Below are positions 36,662 through 49,400 of a stretch of DNA of 64,000 nucleotides, one piece after another. Positions within the stretch are counted from its first letter, which is position 1. Every line of letters starts with the position of its first letter. A program made the translations under genes and the position numbers. The notes below the pieces were generated by a model. It was given only the letters and a program-made list of their open reading frames with translations, searched no databases and was not told where the DNA came from. The DNA comes from Euprymna scolopes (taxonomy: Eukaryota), in the NCBI GenBank assembly GCA_053919585.1, contig CM132790.1; one strand, written 5' to 3'.

Positions 36662-39600
36662 GCGCCGGGAAGTAGAAATTTCCAGATAAGTTTCTGAAGC
36701 ACGTGTAGAACGATTGAGAGATGCATTATCAGTTTTTATTTAGATATGCATATATGAGATGCATATAAACAATTCATTTCTTCGTATTTCAGACAAGTTA
36801 GCTGTTGTGTGAATCTCATTCGTTGAAATCGATGGGNNNNNNNNNNNNNNNNNNNNNNNNNNNNNNNNNNNNNNNNNNNNNNNNNNNNNNNNNNNNNNNN
36901 NNNNNNNNNNNNNNNNNNNNNNNNNNNNNNNNNNNNNNNNNNNNNNNNNNNNNNNNNNNNNNNNNNNNNNNNNNNAAAAGGCTATGCAGAGGTGGAGAGA
37001 GAGTAACCGGAGAGAGATTGGGATTAAAAAGGAGGAAAAAAGTGGCGGAGTTTATGGTAGACAGTACGACATATGTGGCATTGGGCTGTGGGCATATTTT
37101 AATTTATTTCCGGCGCAGACCGGAAGCTTTCTGATTCAACTCCATTTCTTTGAAAAGTAAGATATTTTATTATAATTATTTTAATCTTGTTCAATTCAAT
37201 TTCTTCACAATTACATTTCTTCTACGTTTATTTTTCTATGTGATAATTCATTTTATTTTTGGTTTTTGTCTTCATTTCTTCCGTTTCTCATCTTGTCCAC
37301 GCCTTTCTTCCCCCCCCCACCTCGTCTCTTCTTCCCGTTAAAATAAATACTATCAACAACTTTTCTTTTTACCTATGATAATCAATATTTATTTCTTGAC
37401 ATTGCCAAATGCCCGCTTTCCCCCAATCGATAAACAAATTAATTTTTGTTAGTCGTAATCTCATAAATGATTTCACGATTCTAATATGTGTCTCGACGAA
37501 AATAGACTAACATCTAAAGGAGGGAGACTTCAAAAGAACCGGTCGAGAAACTAACTGGCAAAGTCACGTTCAAGGTAGCCATTATCATGAGAAAACCATA
37601 GCAGTAAGACGAAATCAATAATGTATATATATATATATATATATATGTGGCTGTGTATGTGTGTGTGTGTGTGTGTATACTACCCGTGACCCGTTGGGTC
37701 AGTATGTTAGATTAGCTATGGAATTAATGTATGAGCGTGATACTTCTGATGTAAAGAAAATAGTTTTTGTGACATAACAGAAACATTTCTATGAAAGTAT
37801 ATTAAAATGAAAAAAAATATATAGATAGATTTCTATGAGTCATTCTGTTTATAATTGATTACTTTTGAAAAGAAAAAAATTTACATCTATTGAATTATAA
37901 GTGGATTGCCATACTTATAGGTAAATGTGCACTGAACAGATACCGTAATACTTCAAGTTAAATTCAAATTTTGATATATCTTTTTTAAATGAAATTGTTA
38001 GTTGAAAGTACAGAATAGTTAAAAAACACTCTATGTTAAGAATGGCTTTATAAATAGAAAATGAAAATAAAACGTAACTTTTTTCATTTATTTTAAACAA
38101 ACATTCATGACTCATTGGACCAAATATTTAATTTATGTGAATAATAAGGTCAATAAAACTAATTAAGACAATGTGGAAATGAACGATGTAATAAAAAAGC
38201 AGAAAGTATTAACAATTGTTTATTTGGATAATTAAAACACAAAAAAAACAATTGAGACGCTGAAAACGTACACAGTAAAACAATACGTTTTATTGTGTTG
38301 ATTATTTATTAGTAAAAAAAAATTTTAGGGTTATTTATTTATGTTGGTAGTGTAGAAGAAAATGTATGAATGTTTATAAGAAAGGTATATTAAAAAATGG
38401 AGAATTGTTTTTAAAAAAGAGGAAGAACGTTGTAAAATGCTCTTATAGTTGTCAACGGGTCAAAGTTGATTTATTTGTAAGAAAATTGCGACAATATAGT
38501 TGTAATACAGAATAGTTGCAAAACATCCCTACCCTTCCCATGTTAAATAATAATTTCTAAATAATAACGTTAATATTTCAGTCTGCAGGTCAAATTCTGC
38601 AAAAGTAGCAATTTGTGTTTATTTGTTTACGCTGTTATGGGTTTATGTTTATGTACACATGCGCAACCGGAAGTCGGAAACCGGATGTGTGGTTACAACA
38701 CTCATTACAAGGTCATTTGAATTTTATGATTATATAGTTATATATTCTTTAATTTTATTATTAAAATTTAAATTTGTCACAATGATGTACCCCCTTTAGA
38801 GGGAGCTGGGGGCTTCTACATTAATGAACCTTGTGCCTAACCTGGCCTGCACTGATGTGGAGGCAAACACACACACATTTTAGTGCGGACACATTTTTCT
38901 TAAAGGTTAAAACTCTCGGCACACGAAGATTGGCAGGTGTTAATGATTCCAGTTCACAATAAAAGTTAAACTATGTTGACATTATAATTTGATAAACCAA
39001 GACATTACGTAAAACGCATATTTCTTTCTCTCTCTCTCTCTCTCGTTCTCTCTTTCTTTCTCTATTTCTCTCATTCACTCCCTTTCTCTCTCTTTCAATG
39101 AAGAAAGAGAGAATTGAAATATAATTTAATTGTTTTAAACAGTTGAAGCTTGCACCCCTTACGCGCGGGATATAGTAGTTTGGTGTGCACGCAATGGGTC
39201 GACTAAATATGCTTCATACTTTTTAACTGTTAAATAAATTATATATTTTTTTATAAAAATGCATTTGTTCGCTATTTTTGTACAAGTGTTCGATTTCAGC
39301 CTGCAGTTCCTCCTATTAATGCGACGACGGAAAGCTACCTGTAACGACGCAATGAACACATGAGAAGCGACCTATGCCAGATAGTTATAGCGGATGATAT
39401 ATCGACCCGTTTTTGTTGATGTTTCCAACATGTGCCTATCGTTTAGATACCGTTGGATATTGTGTCTAACTCTCGGCGAGCTGGTATCATTACCAGGACG
39501 TTCCTCAACCAAGTAACCCTTCCGGGAAGGCGATAGTACCATACTTCAACGTGTTAAATATTATTTATTTAGACTGATCGAAATATAACTAATAATCTGG

Positions 39601-40182
39601 TCATTTTAAATATTGAATTTCATCGTGGTATTACTTATTTTAGCTATGCCTATAAAATTATAACTTAATCTTTGCATACAGACCTTCCATGCCTTATAAA
39701 TAGCAATAGATATATTTCCATATTGTGCGCACATATATGTATGTGTCTGTATACGCGCTGCTAATGTACATATACGCATATGTATGTGTGTATACGTTTA
39801 GATGAATGTTCTAATCTATATTTTTATACTTCCCCACCCCTCCTTTATTTTAACTTGTTTTGACACTTTCCCCTCCTCCCCTCCTTCATAGACAACTACA
39901 TTATGTTTCATCTTCCTCCCACTTCTTGTTGACGCTGTAATCCACACTGACCTTTTCTATATCTTCTGTTCTCGCTTTTCTTTTCTTTGATTTTTTTCTT
40001 TCTTTTTTTTTTCTTCTCTTGCCGGCTATTCCATTTTTCTTTCAATGTCTAGAGTCTAAAATGTCACTAAACCTCCACATCTTCCTTCTGAATTTAACGT
40101 TTTTATTTTATTTTTTTAAATATCTCTTCTATTCTTTCAGTTAATAATGAGACTCCTTCACGGGAACACAAGCTTCATTACG

Positions 40183-40242
40183 TCGACTGAAGAAGATTTG
40201 TGGTCCGGGCCGACCACTTGTCTGAAACATTAGCATGTTCGG
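40183..40242 (+). ncRNA. Hammerhead ribozyme-like motif with extended stem II
   Basis: TCGA-CTGAAGA-AGA ttt GTGGTC cgggcc GACCAC ttg TCT-GAAA-CAT tagc ATG-T-TCGG, followed by AATAAA. Confidence 0.7.
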
Positions 40243-40779
40243 TATAGCGACTGTGTAATATTTGTCTATATGAATAAAAATATTATATTTTGCTCTTTTT
40301 ATTGAGCACTCTTAATAACCTTGTTTTAATTCACGAGTTTTCNNNNNNNNNNNNNNNNNNNNNNNNNNNNNNNNNNNNNNNNNNNNNNNNNNNNNNNNNN
40401 NNNNNNNNNNNNNNNNNNNNNNNNNNNNNNNNNNNNNNNNNNNNNNNNNNNNNNNNNNNNNNNNNNNNNNNNNNNNNNNNNNNNNNNNNNNNNATACACT
40501 GCGTATCAAATTATTACCGAGTTTACATTTTTTTTAATATTTAAGGAACGAGTGAATAAAAATCCATGAAACTTTGAGAAAGTGCACTGAACAGATTTAG
40601 CTACTCCAGTCAGAAAATAAAAGTATTTAAAGTAGTATTAGCGAAATTATGGCAGAAGATAGGAATATCTGTTGATTTCAGCGTGTCAAGTTATTAACGA
40701 GGTTGAGAAAAAACACAATATACTCATAAATTGTTTACTTTTTACTTAAATAATTTTAAAACATTAAATGAACTAGGAA

Positions 40780-41215
40780 AAATGCTAAGAACGCAATAGC
40801 AATTTCTACGTTGACATAATTAGTAGGGGTATGCGATCCTTTTTTATGGATGACTTGTAAAGCTGTTGGTCCACAGAATTAGTCAAATTTGTGATTTCGT
40901 CAACAGTTATTCATCGCTATACCTCTTGGAGAGCATTCCACAACTCATCTTTGCTCTCTTCATGACACCCCAAAGGTTCTCAATTGAGTTCAAATTTGGT
41001 GAATTCGCAGGCCACTATTCCGTAGCTCAGAGAACCCCAGTTGTTTGCTTTTGTTTGCTGCATGCGAGGGAGCATTATACTGCATAAAAATAATGGTTCT
41101 TCTGAACGTCAACCTTTGCTTCTTCAGCCATGGTTCAAAGTGCTCCTTCGGAAAAGCTATCTAAGCATTTGACGTCATTTTTACGCCTTCTGGAACTCTT
41201 CATTGGCCACATTTA
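40780..41215 (-). mobile_element. Tc1-like transposase remnant
   Basis: EHFEPWLKKQRLTFRRTIIFMQYNAPSHAA and WPANSPNLNSIENLWGVMKR. Confidence 0.85.
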
Positions 41216-41355
41216 CATTACGCGGGACAGTACGAAAAATTCGCAGTACGCGCATCTCAGCATTGCCAACGTTTCCGAAGCTTTTGATATGAAACTACTG
41301 GTAAGTTTCTGAAACTGGTAAAAAAATGTTATCTCGTTAATAATTTGTACACGCA

Positions 41356-41430
<75 letters not shown>

Positions 41431-41431
<1 letters not shown>

Positions 41432-42160
41432 TAGCTGGACGCCTGGCGTTGTGGCTCTGTCGTACAATACGCTTAAACATGATATTTTAATTTATGTAGA
41501 TTGCGAATGTATGTATTGAATATTATATATTACGAGGAATAATTTGCCTGATGGACTAATTCTCAAAAAAAAATAATAAAGTAAAAATGTAATAATGATC
41601 ATGTCGTTCATTAAATTCTGTCTGTGTTTGTTTACAATATAACGTCAGTTGATATTTGGGCTTGACGGTGAATGCACTGGAAAAGTCACTTTTGCTTAAT
41701 GTTTAGTTTTAAAATATGCAAATGATGAAATGATTTGCAGTGATCTTAAATGGTCCTCTTCTTTTATCGTAAATTTAATTAGTTAGTAAAAAAATGAAAA
41801 TTAAATAGAAGGTTCGCCCGAACTTGAACAGAGTATCATTTGATCCGTAATCGAATGCTCTATCACTGAGCTATATCTCCAGATGATAATAAATTTGTTT
41901 TCTTTTTTTTTTAAGAAATGATTTGCTAAGATTTTATTATTTCACTTGACCGGTGCAACATAAAATATTCTCTTGCAAAAATTATTCTTTCTTATGTATG
42001 AGAGAAGGAGTATTTTTAAGATCGGATGAATTTCTGTCACAATATATCTAAAAACACTGCCAGACATCTAATTTACTTTTGTGTGAACTTTGCAAAAGAT
42101 ACGCTCAGCAGTTTCGGAATCTATGAGGAAGAAACTGACATACACACACATACACACATA
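41431..42160 (-). mobile_element. Non-autonomous Helitron containing a tRNA pseudogene
   Basis: ctagctggacgcctggcgttg terminus after (TA)n; Lep1-like cagtttcgga..gacatacacacac at the other end. Confidence 0.7.
41809..41880 (-). pseudogene. tRNA-Cys-like pseudogene
   Basis: Minus strand gatatagctcagtgatagagcattcgattacggatcaaatgatactctgttcaagttcggg versus tRNA-Cys GTATAGCTCAGTGGTAGAGCATTCGACTGCAGATCGAGAGGTCCCCGGTTCAAATCCGGG. The anticodon is mutated. Confidence 0.7.
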
Positions 42161-42209
<49 letters not shown>

Positions 42210-42463
42210 GATTTATGCATATACATGTATTTGAATATGAGATGATATATAACTATTTCCAAAACAAAACAACGCCGCAGTTCACACAAGCCATTAAAGT
42301 CACAGTCCGGAAGTCCAAGACTCAAGTTGTATTGATACACGCCTTAAGAAAAAGTAGGTACATTCTACAGTCGGATTTTGGGTCGGTTTGCTGGATTTGT
42401 GTTATATAATAAACTTTCTTGTGTATGCTATCACACAGTTCCCGCTTAAACTATTAATAAATA

Positions 42464-43078
42464 CTAGTGGGGCCTGTGGAAATTCCACTGGGGACTCATT
42501 CATATGTAATATATTGATGTTGGCATTCTGTAGATGTTCAGTGTAAATGGAGACGCCCTGATATTATTGTAGCTTTTTTGTTAAAACTGCAAAGGTATTG
42601 ATCTAAGCTAGCCCAAACGCCCGGCAAAACCCGGTTGTAAAGTACGCTTAAATATGATATTTTAATTCTTGCAGATTCCATGTATATTATTATAAAGTTA
42701 ATGTTCTATCCAGTTTTATATATTATAAAGTTGCGATTTCAAAAATAAAAAAATATATCCATATAACTTTGATGCATTAGCTTGAATCGAAACTGAAATA
42801 AAAACTTATGAAAAAAATATATGCATATATATATATATATAACTTGAGTTCCTTCAGCCATAATCGAAACCGAAACCAAAACTTAAGAAGAATTCTTGAT
42901 AAAATTATTTATAAAAATAGATGACTTTAGTGCCATCAGCTATAATCGAAATCAAAACTTATGAAGAATTCTTAGTAAAATTAATTATGACAAGAAATGG
43001 AAGTACATAACATTTAAACGACCCGGATGTAAGCGTGACACAGAAAATAACAAACACGCTATCGTATTAATATATAGA
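42464..43078 (-). mobile_element. Chimeric Helitron with two successive 3' termini (CTAG at 42608 and 42464)
   Basis: Hairpins cccggcaaaacccgg and ctgtggaaattccac.g. The 5' end aaacacgctatcgtattaatatataga is shared with the 44923-45495 copy. Confidence 0.75.
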
Positions 43079-44922
43079 AAAAAATACACTTTCTTTATTT
43101 GATAGCCACCCCTGAGGATGGATCTGAATATCTGAAATTACTAGGAATCAAAACAAGTATAGCATGCACATCGATTATCTACAGCTCGAAATTAGAAAAC
43201 CAATAAGGAATTTAGTAAAGGTCAAAAAAGATATGCTGGCAGCAATTATATGTAATGTTTAATTAAATATGCTTTAAAGGAAAAATAATGCTTCGTCAAT
43301 TGCATTGTATGGCTTTCTAACGTCTCAATTTAATGATTTAAACTTCCAATATAAACAATGTTTTATAAAATAAGAACACTATTTCTTATTTACGTGGCGC
43401 TGGCGCGTTCTTGGGTAGTGAAACTTTCATACTGTATTTGTTTTCATGCTAGACGAGTTGAAAACGTCAAAGAAGTAAAAAACAAAAGGTATTTTTTCTG
43501 TATTTTTATTTTTTATTCGAAATTATACGGAAGAATATAATGTATATAAAGAAAATTAATTAAGCTCACTTGCATTTTTAACGGCTTGTTATTTGTAATA
43601 ATTCAAATTTCTAATATGAACAATATTTTCTAAAACAAGAACACTACGTCTTATTCGTACACCCATATGTATCTTATTTTTTCATGTATACATATGTCAT
43701 ACATCATATAGTATGTTTACATTTGTAACATTTCGACAATGTTCAATACGTGAATAGAGTCATATAGTAAGTTCTGCAATTATTCTATGGCAATTAAGCT
43801 ATACAAAAGCATCCGCGTTTCATCCCTGGAGAGAATCGTCAGATTAAGATCATGGAATTCTTGTTACTGATTGTTTAGTCTAACTAGCTTACCACTTAGA
43901 GTCGTTGTTATTCCCTCCCCTTGGTTAATATTTTCATTAGCTAATAGCTGACTCAAACAAAGGTCCGGCTTCATTTTTTTATTTTGCATGGCCAGGCTGC
44001 GCCCGTTTTTTTTTTTTTGTTGTTTTTTAATGTGTCGCGTTAATATGTGACCTTATTTTAACACGTGTGTGATTGGAATAGCTTCTTTTCCATTTATTTT
44101 GTTAATCATTACTATTTGAGTTTATTCTATTTTCTTTCATTTTTTTAGCTTGTGAGATATGTAAAGTTTATTCTGTGTATACAGTTGTTTGCTATTTCAC
44201 TTCTACAGTTTAGTAGTATATTATGATCTTTCAAGCTTTTAATTTAAAACATTTCGTTTAAACATAATATACATGGTCGTCTTATGATTTACATGTACAA
44301 GCCCATCGTAATATTTTCCACGCAATAATTGGTGAGGATCAGCTTTCTTGCTAGGGCTGCTTTGAGTCAGCGTTATATTTTGTTTTTGCTTTTTTGTCTT
44401 TGTCTTTTGTTATGTTTTTTTTTGGGGGGTGTAATTAAATGTTCGTTTATACCTGGGGTTAAAATTTAGGGACATCATACCCACGTATATTTCTTTTTAT
44501 TCGAGCTTCCTTTGGCAAGTATTGTCACTTGAGAGACAGTAATTTTAATTGTGCAGTTATTTTGTTGTAGACAAATTGTTCACGTTATACACTTACACTT
44601 ACAGTGGTCATATTTTTGCTCTTCTTATTTTTAGTGCTGCTATAATTTTTCACGCATTTTGTTATCATTTTTCTACTCGTTCAGCATTTTATGATTGCAG
44701 GCTTTGATTACCATTTCCAAGTTTACGTCGGAACTGTAGGACAGTGTTCAATAATTTTAGTTAATATCTTCTGCACGAATCAGTTACATTAAAGTCTTTT
44801 TCGATTAGATTTAAACTTGACTAGCAATGTCTAAATCTCATCAAAAACATTTCCTTGTAACTAATATATCAGAAAAGAGTGAAATAGAATTATTTCAAAA
44901 TGTATATGTTAATAATTATTTA

Positions 44923-45495
44923 CTAGCGGGACCTGTGGAAATTCCACAGCGGCATCTTTTATATATAATAAATTGCTGCATGGCATTCTGTGAGTGTTCA
45001 GCATGAATGAAGACACCATCATATTATTCTAGCTCTTTCGTTAAAACTGTAAAAATATTTATCCAAGCAAGTCTATATATTAATACAGTAGCGTGTACAA
45101 CAATAAAAAAGGATAGAACAATAAATAAAGAGGTAGGTTGTTTATTTCCCCTATTTAATAATGTAAAAATGACAGTTAAAAAACAATATAAATTAGTGAT
45201 TTTTAAAAAATAAAAATGGCCAAGAAAATTTTTGTTATCGTCTTTTACTACGTATTAACTTAAAATTAATTATTTCTTAACAACTTTTTCATTTACCAGA
45301 AAGATAAAACACTAAATTTTATAGAATTTAAAACAAATATAGAGGTGGGGACACGCTAATCGAATACTGCCTGGAGGGTTCGTTAATGCTTATTCCAGAA
45401 TTAATGTGTATTCCGGAATTAAATCTTAACCAATGAAATTTGCCGGAAAGCGTGACACACAAAAGAACACAAACGCTATCGTATTAATATATAAA
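44923..45495 (-). mobile_element. Non-autonomous Helitron
   Basis: ctagcgggacctgtggaaattccacagcgg terminus; agcgtgacaca...acgctatcgtattaatata at the other end. Confidence 0.75.
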
Positions 45496-45889
45496 TATTT
45501 CAGTAGTTATGATAATGATCATAATATACGGAAAATTATGGCAATTAAAAAGGAATGCTAGATTAGGTACTGATAACAACCATTATTTAGATGAATCAGT
45601 CAATTGTTCTTATATTAAGTATTGAATCTTGCTTTTCCCCTTTTTTATCTTCTGTCAGTCACAATGATAACATGATATCAAAAAATTAAAAACTATATCT
45701 GGTTTAAAAAAAAAAGATGGATAACACCCATTTAACCATTCTGAAAGCAGCAACCTTTTAGTTTCGTAATTATTGTTTCTAAGAACTTACAATTGGCCGA
45801 TGGATTTAATTAAAAATTTAATCATACCATGTTAAAAATTATACCCCCTGCGGTTCTCTGATAATTCAATTATTGTTATAATGTGTGTA

Positions 45890-46440
45890 AACTTACTTCC
45901 AACCAGATCCAAAAATTCCAAACTTTAGAGTGCAGAGCTACCCCCTTTTTTCCTACCAAAACATGGGGACTTTAACACCTGACGGAGGTCGGAGGTTACA
46001 TCGACCGAAACATTGTGCAGACAACACTCAAGAGGAGAACAACTATCCGATTAATCTAAATAATACAAACATTCATACCTCAACTCAAAAATTCAGAACC
46101 GTAGTAACTATTTCTTAAGATACTTAGATAATAACAATATTTAGGATCAAATTATTTTTTAATTAGTAAAAATACCCACAGATGTGAATATATATTATTT
46201 TATTTTTATATTTTGGGATCCTTTGTGATGAGGCTTCAGAATTTGTGTATTCATTCTTTTTTGCGAACTGTTATCCTCATCTTCATAGCCAACTCATCAT
46301 TCAGCCTACCTTAACCACCTGGAGAAGGATAGAGGATGAGTTGGCCGAAACGTGGTGAAACAACAAAAACTATTGAAAATGAGGATAAAAAGGAATCAAA
46401 TACCAAGGATATTACAACGAATATTATTTTATCTAAATGG
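45890..46440 (+). mobile_element. Two decayed copies of the minimal-HHR element (family of 53405-53765)
   Basis: CAC-CTGACGG-aGGTCGG aggttaca TCGACC-GAAACATT-GTG (45976-46017) and CAC-CTGGAGA..GGCC-GAAACGTG-GTG (46316-46357), each followed by the A-rich tail. Confidence 0.75.
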
Positions 46441-49400
46441 AAAAGGTCGATTAGGAATGCGTGTAAGGATTTGCATTCAATACGAATCAAGTTCGAAAAA
46501 AGCGAAATGTTAATATTATATTAAATGAAAATTTTAGACTATTTTAATCATTTGAGTTTGGAGGAAAGATAATAANNNNNNNNNNNNNNNNNNNNNNNNN
46601 NNNNNNNNNNNNNNNNNNNNNNNNNNNNNNNNNNNNNNNNNNNNNNNNNNNNNNNNNNNNNNNNNNNNNNNNNNNNNNNNNNNNNNNNNNNNNNNNNNNN
46701 NNNNNNNNNNNNNNNNNNNNNNNNNNNNNNNNNNNNNNNNNNNNNNNNNNNNNNNNNNNNNNNNNNNNNNNNNNNNNNNNNNNNNNNNNNNNNNNNNNNN
46801 NNNNNNNNNNNNNNNNNNNNNNNNNNNNNNNNNNNNNNNNNNNNNNNNNNNNNNNNNNNNNNNNNNNNNNNNNNNNNNNNNNNNNNNNNNNNNNNNNNNN
46901 NNNNNNNNNNNNNNNNNNNNNNNNNNNNNNNNNNNNNNNNNNNNNNNNTTAATACTTTACAGTATTTAAAATATCGGCTTCATAAATCTTATGATATAAT
47001 TAGTTGGAATGGTAGAAATCATTGCTAAGAAATTAAATTAAAATAAATCAAATTAGATTATTTTGTGGATAATTTATTTTCAAAAAGGGGTCGTTATTAT
47101 TTAATTATGAACTAATGTTTATTGAGGAACGCCAGCACATGTACACAACTTAGCTTTAGTTATATACAAAAGCTTTATAGTGACACGCAGCTGATAAGAT
47201 TAGGGGGTGCTGCCCATAGTACCATTTTCTGTCTTAATAGATGAAAACCCCTTCGAGATCTAGTGGGCGATGTTCTTTTCATGACAAGTGCTCAAAAGAG
47301 CTTGAATCTGTAAGCCGCCGGTAAACATTCATAACGAAACTCATCTAGCTACAACCACTGTGAATAATTTCCTTTCCTTTCTATCTCTCTCTCTCTCTTT
47401 CTTTCTCTCTCTCTCTCTCTCTCAGTGTACCGTCTAAACTATCTAAAACATGGTCGTTGTCAAGTCCAATGTAAACAAATTCTTATTGAGCCTTCTTCTT
47501 AATCGAATTTTATACAATTTCCACCATCATTATCAATCATCATGGTGTTGTTTCCCCAATCAACACCCATTAGCCCTTATCCTTTAGTGGACTTTGAGCC
47601 TTGAAAATGGTTACACTTTAGTGAGACAAAACTGACAAAGCGATAAAGAAGAAAATTGCACAGGATCCCTCAGGTGCAATTTACAAATTCAATAGCTAAT
47701 ATAATTGCTATGTGCGCGCCTAATCCTCGTTCCCTCTGATAGCTTTTCCAGCTTCACAAGGCCATCAAATGGACATTCACCAGATTATCTTATTTGATTG
47801 ATTTTAAAATCGAGATTATAGGAAAAAATAAATGAAAAAGGTGGGAATTTAGAACATCAAGTAGAAATAAAGAAAACGTCTATGATGTGTAAATAAAGAT
47901 ATGACAGTCATTAGCAAGAAGGAGATAAAAGAAGATTAACAAACGAACAACGTGTGAAAAATTGTGAAAAAAAAGAAACGAAGTTGAACAGCAATTAAAG
48001 AAAGGGGAAAAGGTGATAAAGAAAATATGAAAGCCAATAATAAGCAAGGAGAGAAGACGAGAAAGAGGATATGAAGGTAAATGATAAATGAAGAAAGGAA
48101 AATAGAAAGCGAAAAAGAAGAAATAAAGGTGCATGACAAAGAAATAGCGCAAAAAGGTGGAAAAAAAAGAAATGAAGGTGAATAATAAACGAGGAAAAGG
48201 AAAAGTTGAAAAAAAAGAAATGAATAAATGAAGAAAAGGAAAAAGGTGAAAAAGAATACATGAAGGTTACTAACAATCAAAGAAAAGGAAAAGGTAAAAA
48301 AAGAAAATAAAAATAAATTATAAATAAAAGAAAAAAGATGTAAAAGAGGAAATGCAGGTGAATATTAAAGAAAGAGAATAAGAAAGATGAGGCCAAAACA
48401 GAAGAAATATATGCTAAGCAAGCCAATCAAAAATAAAAATTCCTATTACTACGCATAGTGCATGTATACTAGTACTATCCGTTCTATTGTGGGTTTGTCG
48501 ACGACTAAACTAGTATTCTATCAGTCGAGCCTTGGCTTGTTGATAAAATGACAGACAACAACAGTAAAACCAAGAGCTATAAAAGAGTGGAAGAGTTCTT
48601 AGGATACAACGAACATTCACACTCGTAGAGAGTTCAAAGTGGGGCCTAGTATGACTGTCTGTTTTCCTTTCTCATTTATTTTTTACATCCGATAAGCATG
48701 TTTTTTTTTTACAAAGAAGGGAAAGTGTTGTTTAGTGAGTCTGCTGCTGTTTTTGAGTCGGTTGTATTTTGAGATTTTCAGCCCTCTCATTGTACCCATA
48801 AGCATACCATCAATCTCAGTAATCTTTATCCTCGAGTTGCTTTTATTTATGATAACTTATGACTAATCAGTAAAAAGAAAAAGGTCATCTATGGCTTCAG
48901 TGACAAATGTTTACGCATAAAATATATATTAATATAAAAAATAAGATGCAACAAAATCACGTTAACACACCAGCCATTGTTAGCATCTTCGATATTAAGT
49001 GACGATGACCTTGGACTGTTTCTAATGTGCCTTATTTTTGTCAAAACTTCTGTGAAAAAAAAATACAGCCTTGAAGATGGATTTAGCTAGCACTTCAACA
49101 TAACCTATTGATTGGTTATGGGTCACATTTTAATAAAAGCGGTCGTTCGTGTCTCCACCTTATAAACAGCTCGAAATGACGAATTATTTATAACACGGAG
49201 GTCGAGAATTTCAATCAACTTCGCTGCATCTCAATTTTTAATATTCACGACTACAGTATACTAAACCTCTTGTTGTTCGGTGTTTTTATGTATATCATAA
49301 GGAGTTCTTTATCATTTTTAAGGAGAGGGAGGAAATAGCGTTTTTTCTTTTTTATGTTAGTCACGTCTGAAACCATGTTGATAAGGTCCGGAACATTTTT

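Noticed and set aside
34890-37134. ORFs spanning N runs (also near 6.5k, 10.5k, 40.4k, 51.2k and 53.8k)
   Set aside because: Artefacts of unknown bases.
38655-38695. tgcgca plus tandem ccggaagt/ccggatgt (ETS/NRF1-like) as a promoter
   Set aside because: No associated exon or CpG-rich context; short motifs alone are insufficient.
43108-43150. CTGAGGA..GAAA HHR-like motif
   Set aside because: Stem II is plausible but there is no UH site or stem I partner; too degenerate to call.
43790-43845. Antisense CTGACGA-ttctc tcca gggat-GAAACGCGG (related piece at ~34801-34845)
   Set aside because: It is a repeated sequence with a partial HHR core but lacks U16.1 and a convincing stem I.
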